Positions 1-12,300 of a stretch of DNA of 35,404 bases are shown in pieces (the stretch's first letter is position 1; each line of letters starts with the position of its first letter). The notes under the pieces were generated by a model. The model made no database searches. It was not told the origin of the DNA and saw only the letters and a program-made list of their open reading frames with translations. This DNA comes from Craspedostauros australis (Eukaryota). The DNA is taken from NCBI GenBank assembly GCA_030167865.1, contig JALAGF010003106.1, forward strand, positions 1 through 35,404, in the 5' to 3' direction. Both the position numbers and the translations under genes were made by a program.

Positions 1-1164
1 AATAGCTTATATTATACAGAGAAGATTAGCATGGTCTCTGAGCAAGAATGACACGCATAATCGAAGAGAAGCAAACCTTTTTTTGCACCCCAACCCCTGT
101 TGCCAACCACGCAACCGCGCACCCCACACATTCCAATTCAGCATCACCACGGATACTCGCACGAACTATTATTATAATACGACCTATTACATCATACTCG
201 TACTACCTACGACCTACGAGTACGAACTGTGGGACCAGACCATACCCACCAACCCAGCTGACAACACCACAGTGCCTCACTGTCTCGAGTATTCTTCTAT
301 GGCACTATGCGGCACGGCAAAGTGGCATACAGTAGAATACTTCTTCATCCCTTGCGTTCTGTTCTCCAGAGTACTCTTTATTCTCTTACTGGGATCTATT
401 ATTATCTATTGTAATATTGTATTATATTTTATTGTATTATACTCGCCACGTGCCATAGTTGTACTCGTATGGTGTGATGCACGTGCAATTCCTCACCTAC
501 CTGTCTGGTGCATACCATACGAGTATCCATATCTGGCACTCCCCTCGCATACTATGGTATTGCTTTGTAGAATACAATCCAACTCATCCAGGCCTGTCCC
601 CCCGATCATGTCCCGTCTGCCATAGATTGTTCACAATCACTTCCTCTTCGCCTGGACATCCGGACGCAACGGCGTCGTCGCTCACCAGCGTTCTTTGGAC
701 GAGCCTCGATTCTTGGCGCAGGTGTGGACTTTCCCCGCACACCTTGAAGGTCTGTTGATGGTGATGTGTGGCCATGGCATCGCTGCCAACAGCGCGGCGT
801 TGTTCGGACAGAGTCGAATACCGCTGGTTGCGACCATGCAGTTGCACCGGACGAAAGCATGGTGCAAGAGCAGTCCTGTACTGCACTAAGATTAAGCCAT
901 TCGTTGTTGTTGTCTTCCAGTTGTGCGATATCCCTTGAAGTTTGTTGCGCAGCTGTGTCTGCGGCTGGTGTAACGTATTATACATTAATAAATATTGCGT
1001 CTTCCGTATTGCGTATTGCTTGCTGTTGTGCGTAGTCTTGCCCCCGATGTCTGGATTCCGTTGAACTTGCATGCAGTCCTCTCTAGCAGAGTAGAGCACC
1101 GATCGAGCACAGTATGTGCATGCCATACATACACGTGCCAATATGAGTGCTCCGGATTCTGCGG

Positions 1165-1923
1165 TCAATGTGATCGATCATCATCACTGCTGTCGTCATG
1201 CGACGAGGATGAATTGTCATCGGATTCGTGGGACGGCGATCGATGCCGACGACGACGTGAATACTTGCTGCTGCGTCGATCATCGTCTTCATCCTCATCG
1301 CGTCGCCGTTTGTGACGACTGGTGCGATGTTCACCACGGCGTTCTCGACGCCGGCGTTTTCGTTGCGCATCGTCGTGATGCGTTGCCTCGTCCCGCAGCG
1401 ATCTGACGAGACAGCTGGGCACGGGCTTGGCATGCAGGAAGCTGCAGGTGGGACCTCGCGTGCAGTAGCCATCCGTGAAATCCCTGCATTTGGCGTCGCG
1501 CAGGTCCGTGACGGGACTGTACTCCATGTTCATCTTGCGGCCATCGTAGTAGCGGCCGTTCATGGCCTGCAGGGCGTCGGAGGCGTCCTCCTCTAGCTTG
1601 AACTTGCAGTAGACGTGTCCCAGGAGGTAGTCGCTGAGGTTGTCGACGACGCAGAGTTCGTCGATTCTGCCGTGCTTGGCGAATTCCAGGTATAGGTCCT
1701 CGAAGAATGAGTAGAAGTGCTCTAGGTTTTCCTCGGGCGTGGCTGTCTTGTTGTAGCGCGCGGGGTGGCGGTAGAGGTGCTTGACGAGGATGGTGGTGGA
1801 GAACGCGGGCTTGTGGTGCGATCGGCTGCAGCGGTCGAAGTTGCGGCAGGCGCCGAACTTGCTGTAGTACGAGCAGTTGCCCTTGTCGTCGTCGCCGCCG
1901 TGGTTGCTGTCGTGGCGGGGCAT
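1165..1923 (-). CDS. U2AF1: U2 snRNP auxiliary factor small subunit (U2AF35-like splicing factor), 252 aa, intronless
   Basis: CCCH finger 1 (CSYYSKFGACRNFDRCSRSH), UHM/RRM (FFEDLYLEFAKHGRIDELCVVDNLSDYLLGHVYCKF...NGRYYDGR), CCCH finger 2 (CRDFTDGYCTRGPTCSFLH) and an R/S/D-rich tail. This is the U2AF35 domain order. Confidence 0.92.
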   Translation of the reverse strand: MPRHDSNHGGDDDKGNCSYYSKFGACRNFDRCSRSHHKPAFSTTILVKHLYRHPARYNKTATPEENLEHFYSFFEDLYLEFAKHGRIDELCVVDNLSDYLLGHVYCKFKLEEDASDALQAMNGRYYDGRKMNMEYSPVTDLRDAKCRDFTDGYCTRGPTCSFLHAKPVPSCLVRSLRDEATHHDDAQRKRRRRERRGEHRTSRHKRRRDEDEDDDRRSSKYSRRRRHRSPSHESDDNSSSSHDDSSDDDRSH

Positions 1924-3357
1924 GGCGTCCGTCCTTCTTCTAACGCTCTATTCAGTGTGGTTGTTGGTGTCACAATGATGCCATGCACTGTGATGCACTG
2001 TGATGCAATGTGATTGATGGAGATGGGTGTGAATCGCCCTCCAGATCTCGTTCTGGCATTGTGTCCGCGTTGGCGTTGACGTCTGCGGGTGTTGATGTCT
2101 CTCCCTTGTTCTCGCGCCAACGCCAACGCCCTGTCTTGCGCCTGTCGTCACGGTTTGGTTGGTCGTGATCTCTTTGGTATACCACACACAAAGGAGATGA
2201 AACACATGTAATACGCAATTAGAGGTACCAAAACCGCTCGCGGAAGCACCTTTTCACCAACGCCAAACAAACGGAAGGCGTCAGTCACAATGGTCATCCG
2301 CAACAAGATTTTGTATCAATGAAAAAGGCACATGACAACACCTTTGCGACAACACGGTTTCTTGGTGTGTCACGCTGTTTGTCACGTTGCCGCCATTCTT
2401 GTCGATGTTCTTTTGTCGACACAGCGCCTTCGAAATTATCTTTCTGCTTCTGATTTGTCGCGGCAGCGCTGTGCTTGGCTCCTACAGTATGGGTGCGTAC
2501 GACTTTACGGATACTCCTGCCCTGTCGACGACAGCGTTGCAGTAACCACCATCTTGATCGCCATACCTCCACTACTGCCATCTGCGGACAAGGGAAGTTG
2601 AGGCAGTGGAGCGCGCAGATCTCTCGTCAACCTCCATTCACAACTCCATCTGCTGCTACGGGAGTATCTTGTGGAGTATTGGCAACAGCATCCTGTTGAT
2701 AAGAGTACCATACGGAGCATCACATCATACTATACTATACCATACCACACTACTAATATATAATAGTACAGAGAGACAGAGAGTCGAGACTGCTCGGGAG
2801 CACCAAGATCTGTGACAGGAGAAGAAGGAAGGCGCATCTCCATCCAACACCGTACCACAGATCGCGCGCTTGTGTTGCTGCGGCTTCTCAGAGGAGAGAA
2901 GAGGAGAGGACGCTCACCAGGAGGTGCATACTTGGGCGCTGCGACTTCTGCACCAGCCGTCTTTGAACTGTCCTCTCTCGACGTCGCTGCTCTTGTCGAC
3001 TTGGCTTGCACACCATACACAAGCAAGCAGGTTGAAGAGCAAGGAGTCAGAAAGCGAAGCACAGAAAAGGCTTGTGGTGAATCTCTTTCATCGTGCGATT
3101 GAGACAGAACCCATCATCAACTGCACCTCTCCTCTGCACTGCTTTACATACCTACTCTATCGTACTCTATCATCCTCTGTCGTACTCTATCGTACTCTAA
3201 TTGGAATGTTCAACGCTCAATAGCCAGCAGCCATCTCATCAACCAACCACATATCAACCACGTACCAACCAACAACAAACCAACAAACCATATCAACATA
3301 ACTACAACATCAACAAACTACATCAACAAACTACAACTACATCAACAACGAAAAGAC

Positions 3358-6300
3358 ATGTCGAACTCCGTGGAAAGCTACGAAGAAGTGGAGGAGCTCG
3401 TTGTGGGAACGAGCAACCACTCCTACGAGGAGATTGTGGTAAGCAGCGACGAGGAAGACTTTGTGGAGGAGATTATTGAAGACGATGATGAAGAAGAGAT
3501 GAGCGCGGAGCAGCTGCTGGCGAGCTTGCATTCCTCCTTCCAGGCCCTGGTCAAGCGTCCCTCCAATATCGAGACCTCCCTCGCGACTGTGCGCGAGTTG
3601 GAGGAGCACACCGGCTTGGACCTGTCCGATGACAACCTGGATCGCGGCCCGCACAGCGCGCAGCACAGCGAACTCATCGAGGAGGAGCTTGTGGACGACG
3701 ACGAATACGACAACGACGACGAATACGACGACATCAACGACTCGCGACGCCAGTCCGAACACAGCGTCTCGATGGCGGATTCGGCAAGCGTGGAGTTCGA
3801 TCTGGGTTCCTTCACGGAGGAGGGCACGGATGAGGACTCCGAACCGGAAGACTACGACGCCGCGTGTCGCAGGCTCATTTCCAGCGTCTTCCGCAACGTC
3901 GACAACGTCGATCCCGATGACATGATCCGCCGCTGCGACTTGCCCACCCTCTACATGCACCTCAAGCAGCAGTACCGCGCCAAGGTCCGCAACAAGCAGA
4001 TCCTGCCGGACGGCGATGTTGCCGAGATGGGGAATTGGGAAGATTTTGACAGCAGCAAGGTCTCCTTTTCCGGAGGACCCTTCTTCCCGACCATGTCCGA
4101 TCACACCGCCACCTCGATGGCCAGCAAGGATTCCACAGGCAACAAACGCGCCAGGTCCAACGCATCGGCCGATCACAACAACAAACGCGGCAATTGGGAT
4201 GGCTTTCAGGATGATGCGGATGATCCCTTTGGCATTTCGTCCCCCAGCGCGTCGGCCATGCAACGCAAACGTCCACCCAAACCGGACTCGGCGACAAAGC
4301 CAGCGGCAACATCGGCACCGCCCCCGCCATCATCAACGTCCTCATCGTCGTCGTCGTCATCATCTTCGTCATCGCAATCCAGTTTTGGACAAGAGAGTGA
4401 CAACGAGAGCAGTGATGATGCTGCCACCGCTACTGATGTGCCAGCAAATGCGCCGATGGACTCCGTTGATACGTCACAGATACCTCACCCAACTGCATCT
4501 GCAACTACGTCTGCTTCTCCTCTCACTGAACAACAATCCTCAACGATACCATCATCGTCATCCTCCGCATCGACCAACGTTGCGACAAATACACAACAAC
4601 AACAACAGCCGCAAGAGATTGGCAGGCAATCGTCTCACGAGGAACAGCTGGAGCAGGTCCAACGTTGGTTGGATCGCAACGCCGATGACCCCGATGATTA
4701 TCCCTCCGCCAACCAGATCCTCATCACGCTCCTCTACAAGGATGACACGGAACACGATGTCGAGACCATGGTGCACCGCACACCGCCCAAGGAGCTATAC
4801 CGCTACCTCCAGCAGTACTACTGGTACAAGGTGCACAACAACGAACTCACCAAGTCATCCTTCCAGGAAGCCTACACCTCCTACCTGAACGATCCGGAGG
4901 CCTTCATCGCGGAGCAGCAGGAGAAGCTGTACCAGGAACGAGCTGCCAAGAAGCAGGAGCTCAGCGCAGAGGAGAAAATGAGGAGACAACGCGCCAAACT
5001 CCTTGCCAACGACGTTCTCAAACGCAAGGAGGAGATGGAACGCGAAGAGGAGCGGCGCAAGGAGAATCTCAGACAGCTGCGAGAAGATGCAGAGCGCGAG
5101 CTCGAACGTCTCGTTCGGGAAGCGGAAGAGAAGAAGGCCGCGCAGGAAGCCGCGCAGCGTGAGCAGCTCGCTGCTCAAGCCATGCAGGATGATTCTTCCG
5201 GCTCCGATTCATCCTCGTCGTCGTCATCAGCCTACGGCAGCCCGGAACGCGGTGGTAGCGACGCGTCATCGTCGACGTCATCGCAGGATGCCGGCGATGC
5301 GAATATCGCATCCATCCTGTACGCAGCCAGCAACGACGACGCGGATGCTCCCGCCATCAATGCGGACTCTTCCAAAACTGCAATCACCCAAGAGAAGGAA
5401 CGTCTTATCGAGGAAGAACGACGTCTCGCGCAGGCCTTGGGCAAGCTGCAGGCCGAGAAGGACAGACTGGCCGGCAAAGTCTCGCAGTTCTCAGGAGACG
5501 TATCCACATCTTCGAACGAGGATGACATGGATTCTGCCGGCGAGCCAACCTCTGGTTCCTCCGATGCATCCAGCGACGAAGACGACGCCGCCTACCTCCT
5601 CAACGACAAGTCTCGCGCGTCCGATTCCAACCGGTATTACCAGAACTGGTCGGAGAGTTCCAATTCTGCCGCCAACACCCAGAATTCAGCGCACTCCGTG
5701 GACACCGCGGAACGTGAACAGGGCATGTCCTTGCTGGCGGGCGCATCAGGGCGCGGCAACACCAATTCCGATGCATCCAACGAATCGCGACAAGTCCAAC
5801 CTCCACAACGCATGTTACAGAGCGATGATACATCCTCGTCGGATTCGTCGTCGGATTCGGATTCCTCCGAGTCCCTCCATGACGACTACGAGCACATGGA
5901 GGACTCGTCCCATCACACCGAGCCTTCCGAACGAGAACAACGCAGCAAGCCTCCGCCGAAACGCACCAAATCCGAAGAGGACAGGATCCAGGAACTCTCC
6001 GAGATACTGGAATTCAAGCACCGCCTCGAGAAGCAAAAGTTGCAAGACGAGAAACGCAAGTTGGATGAGCGTAAATTCGAATTCGAAACCTTTCTCATCG
6101 ACAAGGCCAAGTCGTTGGACGACCGCCGACGGGCGGAGGAGACCAAGCTGTTGGGGGAAGCAACGGCCCGCGAAGACCAACGCAAAGCGGATGATGCCAA
6201 GTACCGCAAGGAACTGGAGAAGCTGGAGAAGGATCACCAACGCCTGCAGAAGCGCGGCAGCAAGGACATGAGGAACTTGGAATCCAAGCGCATTCAGTTG

Positions 6301-9300
6301 CACAATCGCGCCAACAAGCAATTCGACATCATCGAAGAGGAGTCCAATCGAATCGAAGATCAGCTGGCGCAGGAAGGCAAGGTCATGGACGATAAGCTCG
6401 CTCACGCGCAAGCGCGGTTGGACGCTCTGCTTTCCAGCACGGCGGACGATGACAACGGCGAGCAGGGAGGGGGCAGTCCCGAAAAGGAGAAGGGGGCGGG
6501 TTTCTTTGGTCGTCTCAAGAACCGCAAAAAGCAGGCCAGCATCGAACAGGAACGACGCAAACAGGAGCGCTTGATGCAAAAGAAGCTGAAAGAAATCGAA
6601 GTCGGAAAGGAGATCAGCGAAATTGCCGAGGAAATCGAGCGGCTCGAAGAGGTAGCTTCTGAATCGGAAAAGAAGCAGGTCGCACGCAAGGCACGGCTGG
6701 AGCAGGAATTGCAATCCTCCGATCGATCCATCGAGACCGAGATCAAGCAACTGCAGCACGATCTGGAGAAGCAGGAGAAGAAGTACGCCAAGGAGTCCGA
6801 CCGATTGAACGGTGAACTGCAGAACCTGCAGAACCTCCGCGTGAGCGACGAGCAGTGGTTTGCAAGAGAGTCAGGCCTCATCGAACAGCGCTGGAGAGAT
6901 TCGCAGGATGGGCTCAAGGATGAAGCAGCAACGCAACGCGAGCAGCAGAAGGTTGCCTACGACGCACTCCAGCAGCAGGCCGACGAGCTCAACGATCAGA
7001 ACAAGCAAAAGGACCTGCGGATACACAAGGAGAAGAGTGGTTCGAAGAAGGACAAGCACGTGCGATTCATCGCAAACGAGTCCGTGGCACAGCCCGAGCC
7101 CGCCGAAGAAACCGCTGCCGAACCAGCGAAGGATGATTCGGCGCCTGCTGCGGAAGAAAGCGCGCCGACCAATGAGAAACAGCTCGCAGAGCAGACCAAG
7201 CGCAGCGATTTCATTGAGCACGAGCTGGGAGCGATTTTGAAACGAGCAGCACAAGAGATGGATGGTGGGATGGAACGGGAGGCAGTGGATGCACTGGCGC
7301 AGGCCGCTTTCCGTGTCACGTACACCAAGAATTACTACGATGTGACGACCGATGACTTCTTGTACTTTCCCACGGTGGCAGAAGCAATGCTGAATTACTC
7401 CATCTTTGAAGACGCCAACGAATTCTACGGCGAAGAATTCCCAGTGGAGTACACATCAGAGATCAGGACCGTCGCAGCAATGCTCGGCACGGACGGTGAC
7501 GTCGACGACGAGTATCGCAACAACATGTCCATGGATCTCGACCTGCAGAAGGAGTACATGGGACCCAGCGCGACCTTCGACTTGCACAAGTATCTGCCTG
7601 CTGAGACTGCAAGAACACCGGCAGCAGATCAAGTAGAACAACCAGAGAAAGATCCATCTATGCAGCAACAAGATCCCGATACGGAAAAGTACAAGAAGGA
7701 GCAGGAGTTGCGAAGCGGTCTCATCCAGGATGAGCTCGGCACGATTCTGAAGCAAGCGACAGAAGAAATGGGAGAAAAGATCGAGTCCCATGCCTTCGAC
7801 GCACTCATTCAAGCTGTCTTCCGTGTCGCGTACACCCAGAGATTCTACGATGTGACGTCCGATGACTTCGTCTACTTCCCGACCGTCGCCGAGTCGATGC
7901 TCAACTATTCCGTCTTCGAGGAATCCAGACAATTCTGCGTCAACGGGGATCCTTTCCCGCTCGATTACACCTCGGAAATGAGGAACGTCGCAGCGGCAAT
8001 CAGCGTAAATGAAGATGTCGACACGGAGTACCGAGAGAATATGTCGACGGATCTGGACCTCAAGGCCGAATTTATGGATCCATCCCCCTCCTTCGATCTC
8101 AGCGAGTACTGCGAGGTGCAGAAGAAAGAGTTTCAATCATCCATTCTTATGGACACGTACAGCTTGGCGTTCGCTGAGCTGGATCCAATCACCGAGACGG
8201 CGGACACCGCCCCCGAGAGCATCAGTCCGGAGACTGATTCATCCTACCGCGAAGACTCGAAGAATGACGAGGATGCTGACAACACTGCCGTCTACGACTT
8301 TGTCGTTCCTGACCATCTGATGCATGTCAACCAACCAAAGGCGGAATCAAGCGACGATGGAATGTCGATTGGATCGGGCGATATCTTCGAGGATCCATCA
8401 ACTCAACGTGGCCCAGTCTCTTTGGTCGAGGCAGCAAGACGTGCCAAGGAAAAGATCGACGAGCAGAATGCTTCTGGTAAGGTCAATCACGACGACGCAA
8501 ATCAGAATTCCTCCTCGTCGAAACAACGCAAGGTTGAGGCAGAGATCGTCGTTCCTGATCATCTGATGTACGTAAACCAACCGAAATCAGAGATGAGCGA
8601 CGATGGCGATTCAATTGGGTCCACGGATTTGTTCGATGCACCGTCATCACCACAACGTCCAGTCACTCTTGTGGAAGCTGCCAAGAGAGCAAAGGCGAAG
8701 ATTGAAGAGCAGAATGCATCGGCGAAGACCAACAACGAGGCGCCAGCTACCCCATCGAAGCCTTCCGCACCAGCCGTGCAAGCGGTCATCCCAGAGCATC
8801 TCCTGTTCGCGAATCAGCCCAAGACCGAGATGAGCGACGATGGTGATTCAATTGGATCCGGCGACATCTTCGACAAGCCATCTGCGTCTCGCGGTCCAGT
8901 CACTCTTGTGGAAGCTGCGAAAAGAGCAAAGGCAAAGATGGAAGAGCAGAATGCGTCAGGCAAAATCAACAACGATTCACCACCTACTCCATCGAAGACA
9001 TCAAAGGCTGCTGTTGCACCTGCGGTCATCCCAGAGCATCTCCTATTCGCGAATCAGCCCAAGACCGAGATGAGTGATGATGGCGATTCAATTGGATCCG
9101 GTGACATCTTCGACAAACCATCCGCATATCAAGCACCAATCAGCTTGGTGGAAGCAGCGAAGCGAGCAAAGGCGAAGATCGAAGAACAGAATGCATTGGC
9201 GAAGGCCAACAACGATGCGCCAGCTACCCCATCGAAGACGTCGAAGGCTGCTGTTGCGCCTGTGGTCATCCCAGAGCATCTTCTGTTCGCGAACCAGCCC

Positions 9301-12300
9301 AAGACCGAGATGAGCGATGATGGTGATTCAATTGGATCCGGCGATATCTTCGACAAGCCATCCGCATACCAAGCACCGGTCACTCTTGTGGAAGCAGCCA
9401 GGCGGGCAAAGGCGAAGATGGAAGAGCAGAATGCGTCAGGCAAAATCAACAACGATTTGCCACAAACTCCGTCGAAGGCATCGAAGGCCGCTGTTGCGCA
9501 TACAGCAATTCCAGATCACCTTTTGCATGTCAATCAACCCAAGACAGAGATGAGTGACGATGGTGATTCAATTGGATCCGGCGACATCTTCGACGAGCCA
9601 TCCGCATACCAAGCACCGGTTAGCTTGGTGGAAGCTGCCAAGCGGGCGAAGGCGAAGATTGAGGAGCAAAATGCATCTGGAACGACCGATGCCGCAGCAC
9701 CAGCCACCCCATCCAAGACATCGAAGGCTGCTGTTGCGCCCGCAATCATCCCAGAGCACCTCCTGTTCGCGAATCAGCCCAAGACCGAGATGAGTGACGA
9801 TGGTGACTCCATCGGATCCGGTGAAATCTTCGACAAGCCATCCGCATACCAAGCACCGGTTAGCTTGGTGGAAGCAGCGAAGCGAGCAAAGGCGAAGATC
9901 GAAGAGCAGAATGCATTGGCGAAGGTCAACAACGATGCGCCAGCTACCCCATCGAAGACGTCGAAGGCTGCTGTTGCGCCTGTGATCATCCCAGAGCATC
10001 TTCTGTTCGCGAACCAGCCCAAGACCGAGATGAGTGATGATGGTGATTCGATTGGATCTGGTGATATCTTCGACAAGCCATCCGCATACCAAGCGCCGGT
10101 TAGCTTGGTGGAAGCTGCCAAGCGGGCGAAGGCGAAGATAGAACAGCAGAATGCATCAGCGAAGACAAGCAACGATGCGCCAGCCACCCCATCGAAGGCA
10201 TCGAAGACTGTTGCACATGCTGCAATCCCAGAACATCTCCTGTTCGCGAATCAGCCCAAGACGGAAATGAGTGACGATGGTGATTCAATTGGATCTGGTG
10301 ATATCTTTGACAAACCATCGGCATACCAAGCACCGGTCACGCTTGTGGAAGCAGCTAGAAGGGCAAAGGCAAAGATGGAGGAGCAAAACGCGTCGGACAA
10401 GGTCAATGCTGAGGTGACAGCAACTGCAGCAGCAGCAACAACAACATCGAAGACCCCAAGCTCCAAGTCGGTGGCGCAGTCGCCTGCTGCGAAACTGGCA
10501 GCAGAACACGGCAGTCCATCGAGGGCACCACGCCAGGTGCAGTTGACGCCGTCGGAGCTAGAATACTACGAATCAGAATGCCGCCGACTTGCCAAGCGTA
10601 CGTTTGATGAAAATGAAGTTGACATCGATGACATGATTGCAAACTCGGACATCCATGACCTCTACAACTACCTCAACAAGAACCAATGGTACAAGACCCA
10701 GCAAAAATCTACCGAGAGTTTCTCAAGGGGATCAGCATCGCCCTCAGTCACACAGAGCCCACGTACACGTTCAAGACATTCATTCCCACAGGCCCGCGTC
10801 GAGGCCAATGGAGGCAGCAACGCTGAACCAGTCTCCTCCAGGGCAACATCTGTTACCTCCGGCGGAAGGACGTTGTTTGATGCACTTGGATTGTCTGCCT
10901 CCGATTTGCACAGCTCTGCGCCATCAACAGCCAAGGACGGACCGCAAAGCACCCAAATATTTGCAGGATCTGCGAAGGAAGGGCGGATGACACTATTCGA
11001 CGCGCTTCGAGGACCAAATGATGCGCCTTCTGGAGCAAATGCAAGCGCAAGTGCAAATGGAGGATCTGGATCGGCTGGAACCAAAACTCTTGCCGAGGCC
11101 TTGGGTTTACCATTGGAGCATGCAGGTAACACCGTGTCAGACAACAGGCCTGTCAGTTCCACCCATGATCAATCGCCGACGTCACCACAGCGCAAGGGCC
11201 GAAAGTCTTTGTTTGACGCAATGGTCGCTTCGTCAGCTTCGACAGGCGCTACTTCGCCCTCTACGCAAGCAGGACAGCCAGCTGGATCTGGTAAGACGCT
11301 GTTCGATGCACTGGGTGGTGAGGGGCGAGGGGGCACAGATCAGCGATCGATGTCTTCCCCCACCCCTCGACCACAGACTCAACGCGCATTGCCAGGGTCG
11401 GGCCAAGGTGGCCGAAAGACTTTGTTCGATGCTCTTGACATGTCTGGAACAAAGAAGCAAGGAAGCCAACCAAAGCAACCGCAATCTGGTGGCGGAAAAA
11501 CTCTTGCGGCGGCCTTGGGTCTTTCTTCTATCGAGGATGACCGTTCGCCTACACCGAAGCAAACAACCCGCGAGAACAAAACACTGTTCGGTGCCCTGGG
11601 GCTCCACGATCCCGACAGCCAGAGTGCGAAAACCGCTTCACCGAAGCAACCACAAAACACTGGACAACAAGCCATCTCAGGAACACAACATAGACAGAAG
11701 ACGCTGTTCGACGCACTTGGTTTGCAACCATCAGACACAAGCACGACACCGAAAGCCTCAAGTAAACTGCAGACACCATCTCAGAGGAACATACAGCAGA
11801 CGGTTGGATCTGGACAGAAGGGACAGAAGACATTGTTCGATGCTCTGCGCGTCCCCAAGGACGAACAAGCAATGACAGCATCAACCGAGAGATCTGGCGC
11901 CGGCGGAACAAAAACTCTTGCCGAAGCTTTGGGGCTGACCACGGATGATGCCAGCACCACGTCCGACGCGCCCACACACCAAGTCAAGAATGGCGGTGGC
12001 AAAACACTACTTGACGCCCTCCGAATGACACCTCCAAGCAAAGCTGCCCAAACGGAAAATCGGAAAGCTTCGAAGCCATCAAGTCCTCCAAAATCAATTC
12101 AAAACGGGCAACGCACGCTATTCGATGCATTGGGCATTCCGCCACAGCAACCACAGCCACAAGCACAAGCACAGCAGCCAGAATTACAACAATCATCCAG
12201 AAAGCCGCAACCCAAGACGCTTGCGGATGCCTTGGGCTTATCAGTGCCCCATGACACTGTCACTCCCCATGATCGGCCAGCAGCAGGAACGCCGCAGAAG

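Noticed and set aside
48-1160. Short ORFs left of U2AF1, including 584-1168 (-)
   Set aside because: No recognisable domain or credible splice sites, and the composition looks intergenic or UTR-like.
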